A DNA stretch of 64,000 nt from an uncultured delta proteobacterium (GCA_963803975.1 CAWDOY010000003.1:319919-383918), one strand, 5' to 3'; positions 51,194 through 62,198 are shown, numbered from the stretch's first letter. The notes: a model not told the origin generated them from the sequence alone. A program made the numbers and translations.

Positions 51194-51652
51194 CTGCTCT
51201 TCAAGGTTGGCTTTTGATTGGTACTATTGACGAAATAGAGATTCAGCGACATACCCGTTGCTGGCACATATTACCGCGTTGCGCTGGTCGGCAACCCTGA
51301 TGTCACACCTCTCCAGCAGCTCCTCTACAGAAGGGTAATAGCTCTTACCAATCCTCCATACTTTGGATATCCTAAGTAGCTATCAATAGACTATCTGTCT
51401 GTATGAGGCAGAAGAAGCGGCAATTATAATTGAGTAATTGAGTTTTTTCACCAAACTGCTGCTGTTGCTATGCTTTTTGGTGTTTTACTAACGCTGGTGT
51501 GTATAGGGCCACAGTAACCTTTTTTAGCAGCGGTTATGAGGCTGTTGCTGACTATTCGCTGCATCTAATTGTCTCGCAGTGGTGGAATGACGGGATAACG
51601 CGATCACTTTTTATAACTTTAACGTATATGTATAACAGACAACTATCATTTC

Positions 51653-52465
51653 ATGGGCAGAGCCGTCCGGCTGTTTCCGGTCCTGATTGCACTGGTAGTG
51701 GTGTTACCGTCCTGTGCATCTCATAAAGGAATGATTCCTCAGACTGAAACGCACGCCATTAGTGCGCTGGATGAAGCAGCGCTACTCTCCCTGGCGCATC
51801 GCTGTTATAAATTCAAGGGTCCCACTGAAGATGTGAAGCTTTCTCTCGAAGCTTCCGAACGCGTTTTACATAAGCAACCTCAAAACGAGCTCGCCAATTT
51901 CTACGCCGCCCGTGCAATCTCCTGGCTTATTGAGTTTGACGGTGGTGATGTGAAGACACTCGCCGGCCGCGGTTATACATACGCCAAGGTTGCGGAAAAA
52001 CTCGATGCGGCCCGTCCGGAGTATGCTTTTTTAGCGGGTGCTTTTCTGGGTTACCTCACTCGCGAAAGCCCCGTAACGCATGCAGGAAGTATAAAAGAAA
52101 TCTACGATGAGATGGGTCGCGCTGCAAAGGAAGACCCCGGCTACGAAGATGGTGCGCCGCTGCGTGCGCTCGGCATGCTGTTGGTAAAATCCCCGGCATG
52201 GCCGATAGGCGTCGGAGATGCTGAGGCAGGAATCGTTTTTTTACAGAAAGCCGCGCAGACCTTCCCCGCTTATCCTGCCAACCATCTTTACCTGGCTGAA
52301 GCCTGTCTGGATACTGGCCGAACAAAGGACGCTATTGCCGCCATGTCGAAAACGCAGCAGTCACTCTCATCGGGCACATGGGGAGTTCCCGGGCACGTCT
52401 GGAGCAAGCAACTCGAACGCCTGCGCGCTAAAACCTCTGAAAAGAACTCGTCGCACGTTGATTGA
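51653..52465 (+). CDS. TPR lipoprotein, BstC/TatT-like
   Basis: Lipobox LPS-C; GAPLRALGMLLVKSPAWPIGVGD and P.YPAN.L.LAEA motifs. Confidence 0.75.
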   Translation: MGRAVRLFPVLIALVVVLPSCASHKGMIPQTETHAISALDEAALLSLAHRCYKFKGPTEDVKLSLEASERVLHKQPQNELANFYAARAISWLIEFDGGDVKTLAGRGYTYAKVAEKLDAARPEYAFLAGAFLGYLTRESPVTHAGSIKEIYDEMGRAAKEDPGYEDGAPLRALGMLLVKSPAWPIGVGDAEAGIVFLQKAAQTFPAYPANHLYLAEACLDTGRTKDAIAAMSKTQQSLSSGTWGVPGHVWSKQLERLRAKTSEKNSSHVD

Positions 52466-52516
52466 AGCGGATGCGACTCTTGGAATTGCACATAAAATGA
52501 GCACTGAGGCGAGAGC

Positions 52517-55264
52517 ATGAATAACGGTCAGTTCAAAGTTACCGTTCGCGAACGGTTTTTCCGATCCCTGGCTTCCCTGACCATCAATCATAAAGCTTTG
52601 GTGTTCGCGGCGGTTGGAATTCTGACTGTCAGTTCTCTTATTGCCGTTCCATACCTGAAGGTCCGCACCACGCGTCAGGGTATGGCACAGGAAAACCTTA
52701 TCGCGCAGGTCAGGTTCAATAAGTACATGGACAACTTCGGCACGCCGACGCAATTGGTGGTGCTGCTCGAAGGTCAGCAGGATCAGGTGAAGGCAGCGGC
52801 TGATGCTGCAGCTGCGGCACTCTCCAGGGATAAACAGTGGGTACGGAACGTCTTTTATCGCGTAGACATCTCTTCTTTTGAGAAGTCCGGCCTTTACTAC
52901 TTGAAAACTGAGCATCTTCAGAAGGCGCGCTCGTTTTTGCAGGATCATCGACCCTGGCTCGCCAGCGTGCTCTCTTCAAAGTCACTCGCTGAAGCCCTCG
53001 ACCGAATAAGCACGTTTCCCGGAGCATCATCGATTCCGCCTGCTGAGCTCGAAGGTGCTTTTCAATACCTCGATGCACTGCTTGTGCAATGGGCGGATTT
53101 TCTGGTAAATTCTGATCAGAAGAAATTTGAACTGGTACCCAAAGACTTTGCCGACAAGCTTGCCGCGGAAGCGGGCGGTCAGATGACCGACGGTGGATAT
53201 ATCCTTGGGCGTGATGGCAAAAGCGCGCTGCTCTTTGTGCAGCAATCAAGGGATATCGATGATACGAGCTTCACCGTGCCGTTCATGGCTTACTGCCGCA
53301 CGTCTGTAGCCACTGCGCTCAAAAAGCATCCGGGTGTAACGGCCGGCTTCACCGGCTGGCCCGTTGCCATCGAAGAAGAGATGCAGCTGCTCACCAGAGA
53401 CCTGGGCATCGTGACCATCGGCTCGACGATAGGCATTCTTCTGCTGCTGCTGGTTTCATTCCGCTCGATCCGCAAGACGCTTTATGTTTTTGTCCCCCAT
53501 ACGTTCGGCGTCATCTGGAATCTCGGCGCTACCTACCTGGTAGTCGGACATCTGAACTATTTTTCTTCAGTATTTTTTGGGTTGTTATTCAGCCTCGGGA
53601 CCGAATATGGCATCATTTTCATCCGCCGATTTTCTGAGGAGCGAACGCGGGGCTGCGAACCGGAGGAAGCCATCATGCGCACGTTCCAGAACGTTGGCCC
53701 CGGTCTCGTTATATCGTCGCTGGCGACCGTGACATCGTTTATTGCAATTAGCGTCTCGGGAGTTCCCGGGCTCTCGGAGATGGGCACGGTCGCGGCTACC
53801 GGCATGTTCTGCCTGATCGTCGCGACACTCCTCATCCTGCCTCCGATGCTTCTCGTTTTCGGTATGCCATTTAGCGAAGCGACGGAAACGACCGTGGTCG
53901 GATCGAAAACCATCAATTGGATCTGGAGTTTGCTCGAGAGGGTTCCGGGTCTGGTTTTTGGGCTCGGCGTTGCAGTGACAATCATTGCCATCTCGCTGGT
54001 GCCGAAGCTTAAGTTTGATTACAACATCGACAACCTTCTCCCGGTACATAGTGAAACGCTCGCGGTCTCCGCAAAGCTGGAAAAGCTCACCGGCTATAAA
54101 TCACAATATTTAGTCGTTACCGGGGATACGGTAGACCAGGTGAGAAAGATACATCAGCTACTTCTACAAAAACCGACTGTTGAGAAAATTGAATCGTTAT
54201 CGTCAATTATTCCGGAGCACCAGGAGGAAAAGCAGAAACTGCTCATTTCGATGTCCGGAATGTTCACCGGCCTGCCGCAGATTAATTCAGGCGGTGTCAA
54301 CGACCTCACAGCGGTTCGCGTGAAGCTTTCTTACTTTATTGCGGCCCTCGAAAAGAAACAGGAAGACGCATTTTCAGCAGGACTTACAAAGATCGTCAGA
54401 CAACTCGACACGCTGATCGAGCGCCTCAATAGTATTGTCAAGCTCCTTGATTCCAAAGGCGCAACCACGAGAGAGGCTGCTTTTGAGGCTGCTGTGGCAA
54501 AATCTTTTACCGAGATGCATGACCGGCTTGCCCAGATGCTTACGGCAAGTCCGGTCACATTCGATACCATTCCGCAAGACCTGAAGGAACGATTTGTTGG
54601 CAAGGATGGAAAGCTTGCCATCATGGTTTTCCCGAAAGAGCAGATCTGGGACATTACTTTTCTTAAAGCATTTGTCACCGATGTGCGTAACGCAGCTACG
54701 CAGGTACTGGGCGATCAGGAATCCCTTGAACGCACCACGGGCTTTGGTGCGGTCTACCTCGTGACCTCGAAGATGGTCACGCGCGGTTTCCTAAAAGCCC
54801 TCCTGATGACTTTCGGCATGGTAGCCATACTCCTGTTGATCGACTTCAGGAGCATTCGCGATTCTGTCATGGCCGCACTGCCCGTTGTGGTCGGCATCTC
54901 CTGGACGCTGGCGGCTTTCGTGATCGTGGGCCGAGGCCTCAACATGGCGAGCCAGATCGCTTTGCCGGTGCTCATCGGTATCGGTGTCGATTTCGGCGTC
55001 CATACCGTTCACCGCTGGCGCGAGCCTGATGGCACTGATCTCGCTAAAGTAGTATCGACAATAGGCGGGTCGCTGTGGCTCGCTGGCGCGACGAACCTTA
55101 TCGGCTTCGGCCTCTTGCTTCTGGCGCAATACCGCGGACTTATATCGTTTGGTTTGATTGTGTTTGTTGGCATCTTTATTTGCTTTACCGGTGCAATGTT
55201 CGGTCTGCCCTCGACGATAAAAGCCCTGCGCCTTGATCGAGGACGTATCGACCAAAAGCATTAA
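52517..55264 (+). CDS. MMPL/RND lipid transporter (HpnN/BstA-like)
   Basis: Two repeats of 1 TM + large periplasmic domain + 5 TM; SLGTEYGI and GIGVDFGVH motifs. Confidence 0.9.
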   Translation: MNNGQFKVTVRERFFRSLASLTINHKALVFAAVGILTVSSLIAVPYLKVRTTRQGMAQENLIAQVRFNKYMDNFGTPTQLVVLLEGQQDQVKAAADAAAAALSRDKQWVRNVFYRVDISSFEKSGLYYLKTEHLQKARSFLQDHRPWLASVLSSKSLAEALDRISTFPGASSIPPAELEGAFQYLDALLVQWADFLVNSDQKKFELVPKDFADKLAAEAGGQMTDGGYILGRDGKSALLFVQQSRDIDDTSFTVPFMAYCRTSVATALKKHPGVTAGFTGWPVAIEEEMQLLTRDLGIVTIGSTIGILLLLLVSFRSIRKTLYVFVPHTFGVIWNLGATYLVVGHLNYFSSVFFGLLFSLGTEYGIIFIRRFSEERTRGCEPEEAIMRTFQNVGPGLVISSLATVTSFIAISVSGVPGLSEMGTVAATGMFCLIVATLLILPPMLLVFGMPFSEATETTVVGSKTINWIWSLLERVPGLVFGLGVAVTIIAISLVPKLKFDYNIDNLLPVHSETLAVSAKLEKLTGYKSQYLVVTGDTVDQVRKIHQLLLQKPTVEKIESLSSIIPEHQEEKQKLLISMSGMFTGLPQINSGGVNDLTAVRVKLSYFIAALEKKQEDAFSAGLTKIVRQLDTLIERLNSIVKLLDSKGATTREAAFEAAVAKSFTEMHDRLAQMLTASPVTFDTIPQDLKERFVGKDGKLAIMVFPKEQIWDITFLKAFVTDVRNAATQVLGDQESLERTTGFGAVYLVTSKMVTRGFLKALLMTFGMVAILLLIDFRSIRDSVMAALPVVVGISWTLAAFVIVGRGLNMASQIALPVLIGIGVDFGVHTVHRWREPDGTDLAKVVSTIGGSLWLAGATNLIGFGLLLLAQYRGLISFGLIVFVGIFICFTGAMFGLPSTIKALRLDRGRIDQKH

Positions 55265-55346
55265 CGACAGTAACCGGTTTGCGGTTTACAGACACAAAAC
55301 AAAGGAGTGAAAGGATAAATAAGACTTTTTTATTAGGAGGGCTTGA

Positions 55347-56189
55347 ATGTCGAAATTAAATATAATCCTCGCACTTACTGTGGTAGTAACTGTTTTTAAT
55401 TTCGAGCCTCACGCCGCCATTGCAGGTCCGCATGACCTGGTCGTCATCCGTCCAGGCGGCGCGACTGCCTCCGACGAAGCGCAGCAGAACGTGAATAATC
55501 TCCTCAAGCTGATCGCTCGTGCAGCAGGTTGGCCAGCAGAATCGGCTAATGCACGGTATTTCAATAATGAAAACGAAGGCTTGCAGTACATCCAGGCGAC
55601 AAAGCCGGGGTTCGTACTCGTCACGCCAGGCTTTTATCTCAAACACAGGATAAAACTTAACCTCACTCCTGTGAATAAAATCTCCCTTGCCGGCAGCACA
55701 ACGAGCAGTTTCTCCGTCGTTGCGAAAAAGGGTACACTCTCGGCACTTGCCGACCTTAAAAACAAGACTGTCGCAGGCTCTTCTCTCTCCGAACCCGAAT
55801 TCGTGCAGAAAATTGTTTTCGAAGGCACGCTGAAACTTGGCGCAGACGTTAAAGCGAAACAAATGAGTGGCTTGCCGGCCCTCAAAGCCTTACGTTCCGG
55901 AGAGGTTGATGCAGTTGTGCTCGATGCACAGGAATACCAGAGCCTGCCGGCACTTCCTTTTGCAACAGAATTCGCAACAATTTTTACCTCGAAGCCGATC
56001 ACGAACACGGGCATCATGGCAGCTGGCAAACATACAGACGACGCATCCATCAAAGCTTTGGTCCAAGCAACGAAGGAATTTTGCGCGACTGCCGACGGGA
56101 AAAACGTCTGCACAACTTTCCAGATCACCGGCTTCGAACCCGCGTCACAAAGAGACTACGACGATATGATCAAAAGATGGGAGGAATAA
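55347..56189 (+). CDS. Periplasmic binding protein, PhnD-like (BstB-like)
   Basis: GGAGG RBS; signal peptide; LADLKNKTVA and ALRSGEVDAVV type-II PBP motifs; GFEP...Y C-terminus. Confidence 0.8.
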   Translation: MSKLNIILALTVVVTVFNFEPHAAIAGPHDLVVIRPGGATASDEAQQNVNNLLKLIARAAGWPAESANARYFNNENEGLQYIQATKPGFVLVTPGFYLKHRIKLNLTPVNKISLAGSTTSSFSVVAKKGTLSALADLKNKTVAGSSLSEPEFVQKIVFEGTLKLGADVKAKQMSGLPALKALRSGEVDAVVLDAQEYQSLPALPFATEFATIFTSKPITNTGIMAAGKHTDDASIKALVQATKEFCATADGKNVCTTFQITGFEPASQRDYDDMIKRWEE

Positions 56190-56340
56190 TCTTTTCTGAT
56201 AGAATAAAACAGCCTCTCATCGTCATGTTTCATGTTATATTTTTTAACTAATTTACTTCTGGATCTAAAAAAGGAAGATCTTGAGAATTGGTGGTCATAG
56301 AGAGGTAGAACAACACTTCATGGTTCTTTAGTATATCCAT

Positions 56341-57276
56341 ATGCAGTTTGCAATCGAAGCTCACAGCCTTGTCAAAAAATACGGTAGCATTACGGCGCTC
56401 GACGATATAACACTCGTGGTGAATCGGGGAGAAATATTCGGATTTCTCGGGCCCAACGGCGCAGGCAAAAGCACATTCGTCAAAATCATCCTCAATCTTG
56501 TACGCGCCACATCGGGAAGCGTCCGAATTTTCGGCGAACCGGTAACGAACGTTAAGGCAAGAAAGACTATCGGGTTTCTGCCTGAAAATATCCGTGTGTA
56601 CCCTTTTTTAAGCATTGAAGAATTTCTTCGCTTTCATTGTGAACTAATTGGAATAGCATCACAGAATATAAAGATGGCAATCGACAACTGCCTGTGTGCC
56701 ATGGAGCTTGAATCCGTGCGTGCACAAAAGATCGGGACACTGTCAAAAGGCATGCTCCAGAGAACGGGCATAGCCCAGGCAATGCTGGGGAATCCCGAGC
56801 TGCTGATTTTTGACGAACCCACCTCAGGCCTTGATCCCATCGGTTTTACCGAACTACGGCGACTTCTGCTTGCCATGAAAGCACGGGGCACGACCATATT
56901 TCTTAATTCGCACCAGCTCTCCGAGGTTGAACGGACCTGCGACCGCGTGGCAATCCTCAATAAAGGCAGAATCATCAAAATCGGCACCAGAGATGACCTG
57001 TCCGACCGGGGAAAACATCTTGAGGTAACTGCCGAAGGATTCACTGACGGCATGGCAGCTGCTATCAATGCCTTTTCTCAGAAAAACATTGAAACTGACG
57101 GCAAAAAATTGCGAATATACCTCAGCAACGAAAAAGACTCAGTCAACGTCCACAGAATCATCGTCGAGGCAGGGGGCCGCGTGCAGTCGCTGGCGTGGAA
57201 ATCCGAGTCACTTGAGGAACTTTTTTACAGACTGGTAAAAAATGAAGATATGGGCTTTAACAAAGATCGGCCTTAA
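56341..57276 (+). CDS. ABC-2 type exporter ATP-binding protein
   Basis: GPNGAGKST, LSKGMLQR, DEPTSGLDP, SH. Confidence 0.95.
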   Translation: MQFAIEAHSLVKKYGSITALDDITLVVNRGEIFGFLGPNGAGKSTFVKIILNLVRATSGSVRIFGEPVTNVKARKTIGFLPENIRVYPFLSIEEFLRFHCELIGIASQNIKMAIDNCLCAMELESVRAQKIGTLSKGMLQRTGIAQAMLGNPELLIFDEPTSGLDPIGFTELRRLLLAMKARGTTIFLNSHQLSEVERTCDRVAILNKGRIIKIGTRDDLSDRGKHLEVTAEGFTDGMAAAINAFSQKNIETDGKKLRIYLSNEKDSVNVHRIIVEAGGRVQSLAWKSESLEELFYRLVKNEDMGFNKDRP

Positions 57277-58036
57277 AGAGTGCCTCAGGCAGCGCGTGGT
57301 ATATTTCATCTTCCTGATCTCGCTGTTGTTTGTTTTCATGGCAAAAGGCTGCGACATCGGCACGATCAAGAGCGAGAACTTGCTCATCGGCAAAGAGGCG
57401 CGCCAGGGCATTGCATTTGGGATATCATTTCACGGTATCGTTTTCTGGAGCATCATGCTGTGCGGACTACTGGCATCGCAGGCGCTCACACGCGATATGG
57501 ACGAAGGCTTTGCTTCTGCAACACTTGCCCGGCCCTTAGGTCGCGACGCATATATTGCTGGCAAATTGCTGCCCGTTATTATTATTTCAACTCTTAACCT
57601 CACTGTTTTAGGCGGGCTGTTCTGCTGGTTTTTCTATAGGGCTACCGGCGGTATCACCATGCAGATCCCGCTCAGTTTTTTGTTCATGACGCTAAGTCTT
57701 GCGCTCTACGGCCTCATGATTTTCTGCCTGTCGCTGTTCATCCCGCGGCAGCTGGCACCGCTGGCAGGCATTGTGGTGTATATGATAAGCTGCTGGTCGT
57801 CCTTGCCCTATTCTGTTGAAAACCTGAAGATATTCTGGACGCCGTCGGCAACGGTGCAGCGTTTGCATCTGCTGTTGCCCAAGTTCGGCGATTTGCAATG
57901 TATCGGTGCCTCTATATTAAGCGGGCAGCAACCTTTCGATTTAGTCAACCCGCTCGCGGTACTGGGCAACATAGCGGCATATGCCAGTGTGTTCTGGTAT
58001 GTCACAGTCTGGGTCTTCAAGCGACGTGAACTGTAA
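57242..58036 (+). CDS. ABC-2 type exporter permease
   Basis: About 6 TMs, RP..R..Y..GK motif, FKRREL C-terminus. Confidence 0.88.
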   Translation: MKIWALTKIGLKECLRQRVVYFIFLISLLFVFMAKGCDIGTIKSENLLIGKEARQGIAFGISFHGIVFWSIMLCGLLASQALTRDMDEGFASATLARPLGRDAYIAGKLLPVIIISTLNLTVLGGLFCWFFYRATGGITMQIPLSFLFMTLSLALYGLMIFCLSLFIPRQLAPLAGIVVYMISCWSSLPYSVENLKIFWTPSATVQRLHLLLPKFGDLQCIGASILSGQQPFDLVNPLAVLGNIAAYASVFWYVTVWVFKRREL

Positions 58037-58303
58037 TAAGTGTTGATAAAATATGCTTTACAGGCTATTATTTGAGAACTGAAGGAGGGTTTTTAAAAAG
58101 AGAAGCAGGCATCAAGATATCGTGTTGATGGAAGTGGACTGAAAAGTACAGACTATGTATCAGCAGCGAAAGAAGTTAGGCAGACTTAATTCATTGATGA
58201 CTTCATTTGTAAAGCGTCAGTGGCAGGCGAAATAATCACAGCAAAAAGCAGAGCCATTTTTGACCAAGCCTGTTCAACGTTATGAAACTAAATTTCAGGT
58301 TAC

Positions 58304-60962
58304 CTATTTAACCTGAAAACTGGTTACAATAGTCTCCTCAAGAGAAGCATTAGTAACATCGGTCTTAATAGTAATGTTCCACTGGCCAGTTGATGCTCCA
58401 CGCTCCACGCACACCGGGATAAATATCAGATTGCCAAAAGAGAAGGCTTTTTTTCTGGTATCGATAGTTACCCCCTGCGCTCCTGCTACCTCGATACTGC
58501 TTCCCTGTTGTGTAAAATGATGCTCTTGCGAGGAGTAGATAATCAGCCACAGACATTTCTTATCCCTCAGGATTGGCCGCCACACTGTGCTCTGGATACA
58601 TGAAGCGTTGATATGCAAGACATCCCAGCATTGGTTTGCATCCTCCTTGCATATCTTCTCGTCACCACAGGGAGATTGCCCCTTCACGCACTTGCCACCT
58701 GCGCATTGCTCTACACCGTTGCAGAACGCCGCATCGTCACAGTCAGCATCTGTTATGCATTCAGGGGGAATAGAGCTTGTAGTGGTGCTGGTAACAGGTA
58801 CAGTTGTCGTGGTTGTGGTTGTCGGTGCAGCCGTTGTAGTGGTGGTGCCACCGCCTCCACCGCCACCCCCTCCGCCGCTCACAGTGGTGGTCGTGGTAGC
58901 AACAATTCCCTGATATTCAATGGCGCCCATATCGTAATAAAGTAAAGCCCCTGCCCCTGTGTTATTTGTTTGTGGATCATCGTAGCGTGAATTCCCCTTA
59001 ATATCATTTGTTGGCGCATCATCACTATTTGCGGCATCAATGCAGGGTGAGCCAGACAGTAAATGATAATCTCCATTCGCTGCATTTTTAAACAAGGGAT
59101 CGCTGTTTATGTTGCCTTGTCCCGTCCACCCCCCTTGCACATCTGAGTAGGCAATAGAAAATGATGAATTTTGGTCAAGGAAAATTTCATTTATAGCCCC
59201 ACCGGCTGTATCACCCCAGAGGATGCTGTTTTTGACAGTTGGATGGGAGCTGGGCCCATGACAATATCCTCCCCCACATCATTACTGGTAGCCATGTTTT
59301 GTGCTATGGTGCAGTTGATTAAGCTCGGGGACGATTGTTGGCAAAAAATTCCGCCGCCGTAACCGGCATTGTTTTTTAATTATGATGCAGTTGGTCAGGA
59401 TAGGGATGATTTCCTAACCTTATTCCCACCATTATTTGCAGTTATGATGCAGTTGGTTAGTATCAGGCAACCAGGCAGAGGAAATCCCGCTTCCCTGGTT
59501 TCCTGAGATGCTGCAGTTTGTTATGGTGGGTGAGGAACCAGTAGCAAAATATTCCACCCCGCCTCCGAATTACCATTGGTGATGCTGAACCCCTCAAGTA
59601 TTGACTCTGCAATTTCAATTCCTCTAAAGGTCACTACGCTACCACTTTGATTGCCATCAATAGTTGTTTTTTCAGCACCGTTTTCTGATCGCAGCCTGAT
59701 TGCTTTGCCCTTAAAATTAATGTTCTCTACATACGTGCCGTCATGCACCAGAACAAGGTCGCCTGTCTGTGCAGCATCTATTGCTGCTTGTATAGTAGAG
59801 TATGAATATCCGGTCTTTCCTACTTCACGAACTATCAGTTCATCAGCTCCAATGTCAAACTTGTCATCTCCGACCATCGGCGATAACCGAGGTGATCTCT
59901 CAAAATCAGATACTTTGGTGTTGTTGTGTCCCGTATCCACACAGGGAGAGCCTTTCCTCAGATGATAATTCCCCTGTGCAGCATCCTCAAAAAGAGGATC
60001 AGCATCGATGTTGCCAGAACCCCAGGTTATTGTCGATGCATCAGGTGTGTAGATTGCCGCCTGCCCACCCTGCACATCGCTATAGCTTATGTTCAGGATG
60101 TCCGGGTGCGTCAGTATCAACTTCAATCTGATTACCATTAGCGGCACTGTTGCCCCAAAGGATGCAATTAATCATTTTGGTATTGCTATTATAGACCCGC
60201 AGCCCTCCTCCCCATCCCGGGTTGTCTACGGTCACATTGCCATAGAAAGTGCAGTTGATCAAGGTCACTGCTGCCGCCGGCATCCTGCATCCCTCCGCCA
60301 ACGTTTTGTGCCTTGTTGCCGCTGAAAATGCAGTTCACCACCAACGGGTTGCTGCCATTCATGCTGTACAGTCCACCACCAGCATGCTGAGCCATGTTGC
60401 CGGAAAAAATGCAGTTTCCAACGTCTGCTCCAATACTGGACTTGATAAGCATCCCTCCCCCTCTGTTATAAGGGTACGGTCCCTCGGCATTACCACCGGT
60501 TATAGTAAACCCGCCAATACCAGCATGTTGAGTAATAGTATCGCATATCACAACATTGTAGCTGTTATCTGTATAGTTTGTGAAATTTGGCCCGTCATCC
60601 CCGTTCAGATCACCGCTGAGGATGGTCTTACCTTAGAATTATGCCATCAATTATATCCGCATACCCTCCCAAAAATGACAACACCTTCTTTGAGCTTAAA
60701 GGCTGCACTCCTGTCCCCTGGAGTGAGTCCGTTTCCCTGGTCGGGCTTATAGGTACCTGGGGCCACCCAAATAGTGTCTCCGGACAACTGCTGCTGCCAA
60801 GGCATCCTGCAAGTATGTATAAGCGGTTGCCCAGCTTGAACCGTCTCCTCCGTTAGGGCGTGTACAATCAACAAAAATATTTTTTGCCTGAACAAAGCCG
60901 CTCTGACAACACAGCAAAAGCACTGCTGCTGTTAGAATATCTTTATATAAGTGTGTCTTCAT
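58304..60962 (-). CDS. Large secreted beta-helix (pectin-lyase-like) repeat protein with Thr/Gly linker and Cys-rich module; many apparent frameshifts
   Basis: Fragments: signal peptide + GDGSSWATAY; WVAPGTY; GGG..NC.F.GN repeats; GNIDADPLF..YHL..GSPC.D (twice); TIQAAID; CITDADCDD..FCNG. Confidence 0.75.
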
Positions 60963-61228
60963 CTTTGTATCCTTTTAAAAATATAGATGTTTTTATAATG
61001 CGTTATAGACAGTTGTTATTTAATTTAATCTGCCTTGAATCCCCCAATAAAAATCGCCTGCAGGTCTATTATGCAACCTGAAGGCGGTTTATTAATAGCT
61101 TCATCAGAAATAACAGCAGAACTCACAATGCTGTCCCTCCGATATTCTGCCTGTGATTTCTATCAAATAAAATATACTGATAGAATATTTATAGTTGTAG
61201 TTTTCAAAAGACGAACATGCTACTCCAA

Positions 61229-62170
61229 CTATATATAATTAGTATTATCAATCTGAATGTAAGATTTGTCAGGACTGATAAATAGGCTATGCGTTTCATT
61301 GTCACCGCTATCATAGTTAAGCTGTAGCTGGCTACCCGATACCTGGTACTGTCCTCCCCAAGAAGTCTCGCCTGAATAATAGTTCCATGTAATCCAGCAA
61401 AATGTGCTTACACCATCAAATTGATATTTAAACATTTCAGGATCAGCCTGCTTGCCGTAGCAGCCCTTGAGGTCTGCATTGCCCCCGCCCCCGCCTCCCC
61501 CGGGAATAGTTGTCGTGGTGCCTGATGATCCCCCGGGGAAACAAACAGTAGCACCCGGATCTCCTTGACATGTATAGCCAGCCCTGCAATCAGTATTAGT
61601 ACTGCATGCGTCAAGACACAGAGCCTGCTTCTGCCCCTGTTCATCTTGTACCTGGTAACAATAAGCACCCTGGCCGCAATCAGAATTACTTGAACATGAC
61701 TTGGTACAATATCCGCCTGGTGAACTGGTTATACAGGTAAGACCTGGGTCACAGGTGCCGCATGCTGCACCTATTCCTCCCCCTGTTCCACCGCCTCCTC
61801 CCGGTGCAGTTGTTGTTGTGCTGCCCCCGCCCCCCTCACTAATAGTAACTTTTGCAGTAGCGCTCACTGTCGGATCAGAGATAGAACTAACGCGCACTGT
61901 TGCAATAGGGGGTGATGGCAGCAAGTCTGGGGCAATATAGAGACCATCTTCTACAACGGTACCCCATGCATCACCTTCATCAACAGTCCAGCTTACTTGA
62001 GCATTAGACGGAGTTACCGTGGCCTGGAATTGCTGTGTTTGCCCTAATTCAACGGCGGCCGTCTGTGGTGAGATGGTAATTGTAACTTTTCCGTTTCTAC
62101 ATCCAGAAAGAAAAACAATACCCAGAACCATAAGATATAGCATGCGATTTTGATAATAATTGTTTTTCAT
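61229..62170 (-). CDS. Lipoprotein with Ig-like domain and Cys-rich repeats
   Basis: Lipobox LSG-C; VTITISP..GQTQQF.ATV Ig-like domain; T/G linkers; GGYCTKSC...C.C module. Confidence 0.8.
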   Translation of the reverse strand: MKNNYYQNRMLYLMVLGIVFLSGCRNGKVTITISPQTAAVELGQTQQFQATVTPSNAQVSWTVDEGDAWGTVVEDGLYIAPDLLPSPPIATVRVSSISDPTVSATAKVTISEGGGGSTTTTAPGGGGGTGGGIGAACGTCDPGLTCITSSPGGYCTKSCSSNSDCGQGAYCYQVQDEQGQKQALCLDACSTNTDCRAGYTCQGDPGATVCFPGGSSGTTTTIPGGGGGGGNADLKGCYGKQADPEMFKYQFDGVSTFCWITWNYYSGETSWGGQYQVSGSQLQLNYDSGDNETHSLFISPDKSYIQIDNTNYI

Positions 62171-62198
62171 AATTATCCCCTTAATTTCTATTCCGTTT

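Noticed and set aside
51225..51360. Minus-strand remnant (SYYPSVEELLERCDI...SNGY) as an IS256 or oxidoreductase fragment
   Set aside because: Too short and ambiguous to assign without a search
55347..56189. Phosphonate uptake (phnD)
   Set aside because: No phnC/phnE nearby; the adjacent ABC pair is exporter-type and the context is an MMPL operon
61100..61240. C-terminal extension of the lipoprotein via slippage at an AT dinucleotide run
   Set aside because: An alternative frame (YIVGVACS...) is possible but unsupported without reads or homologues
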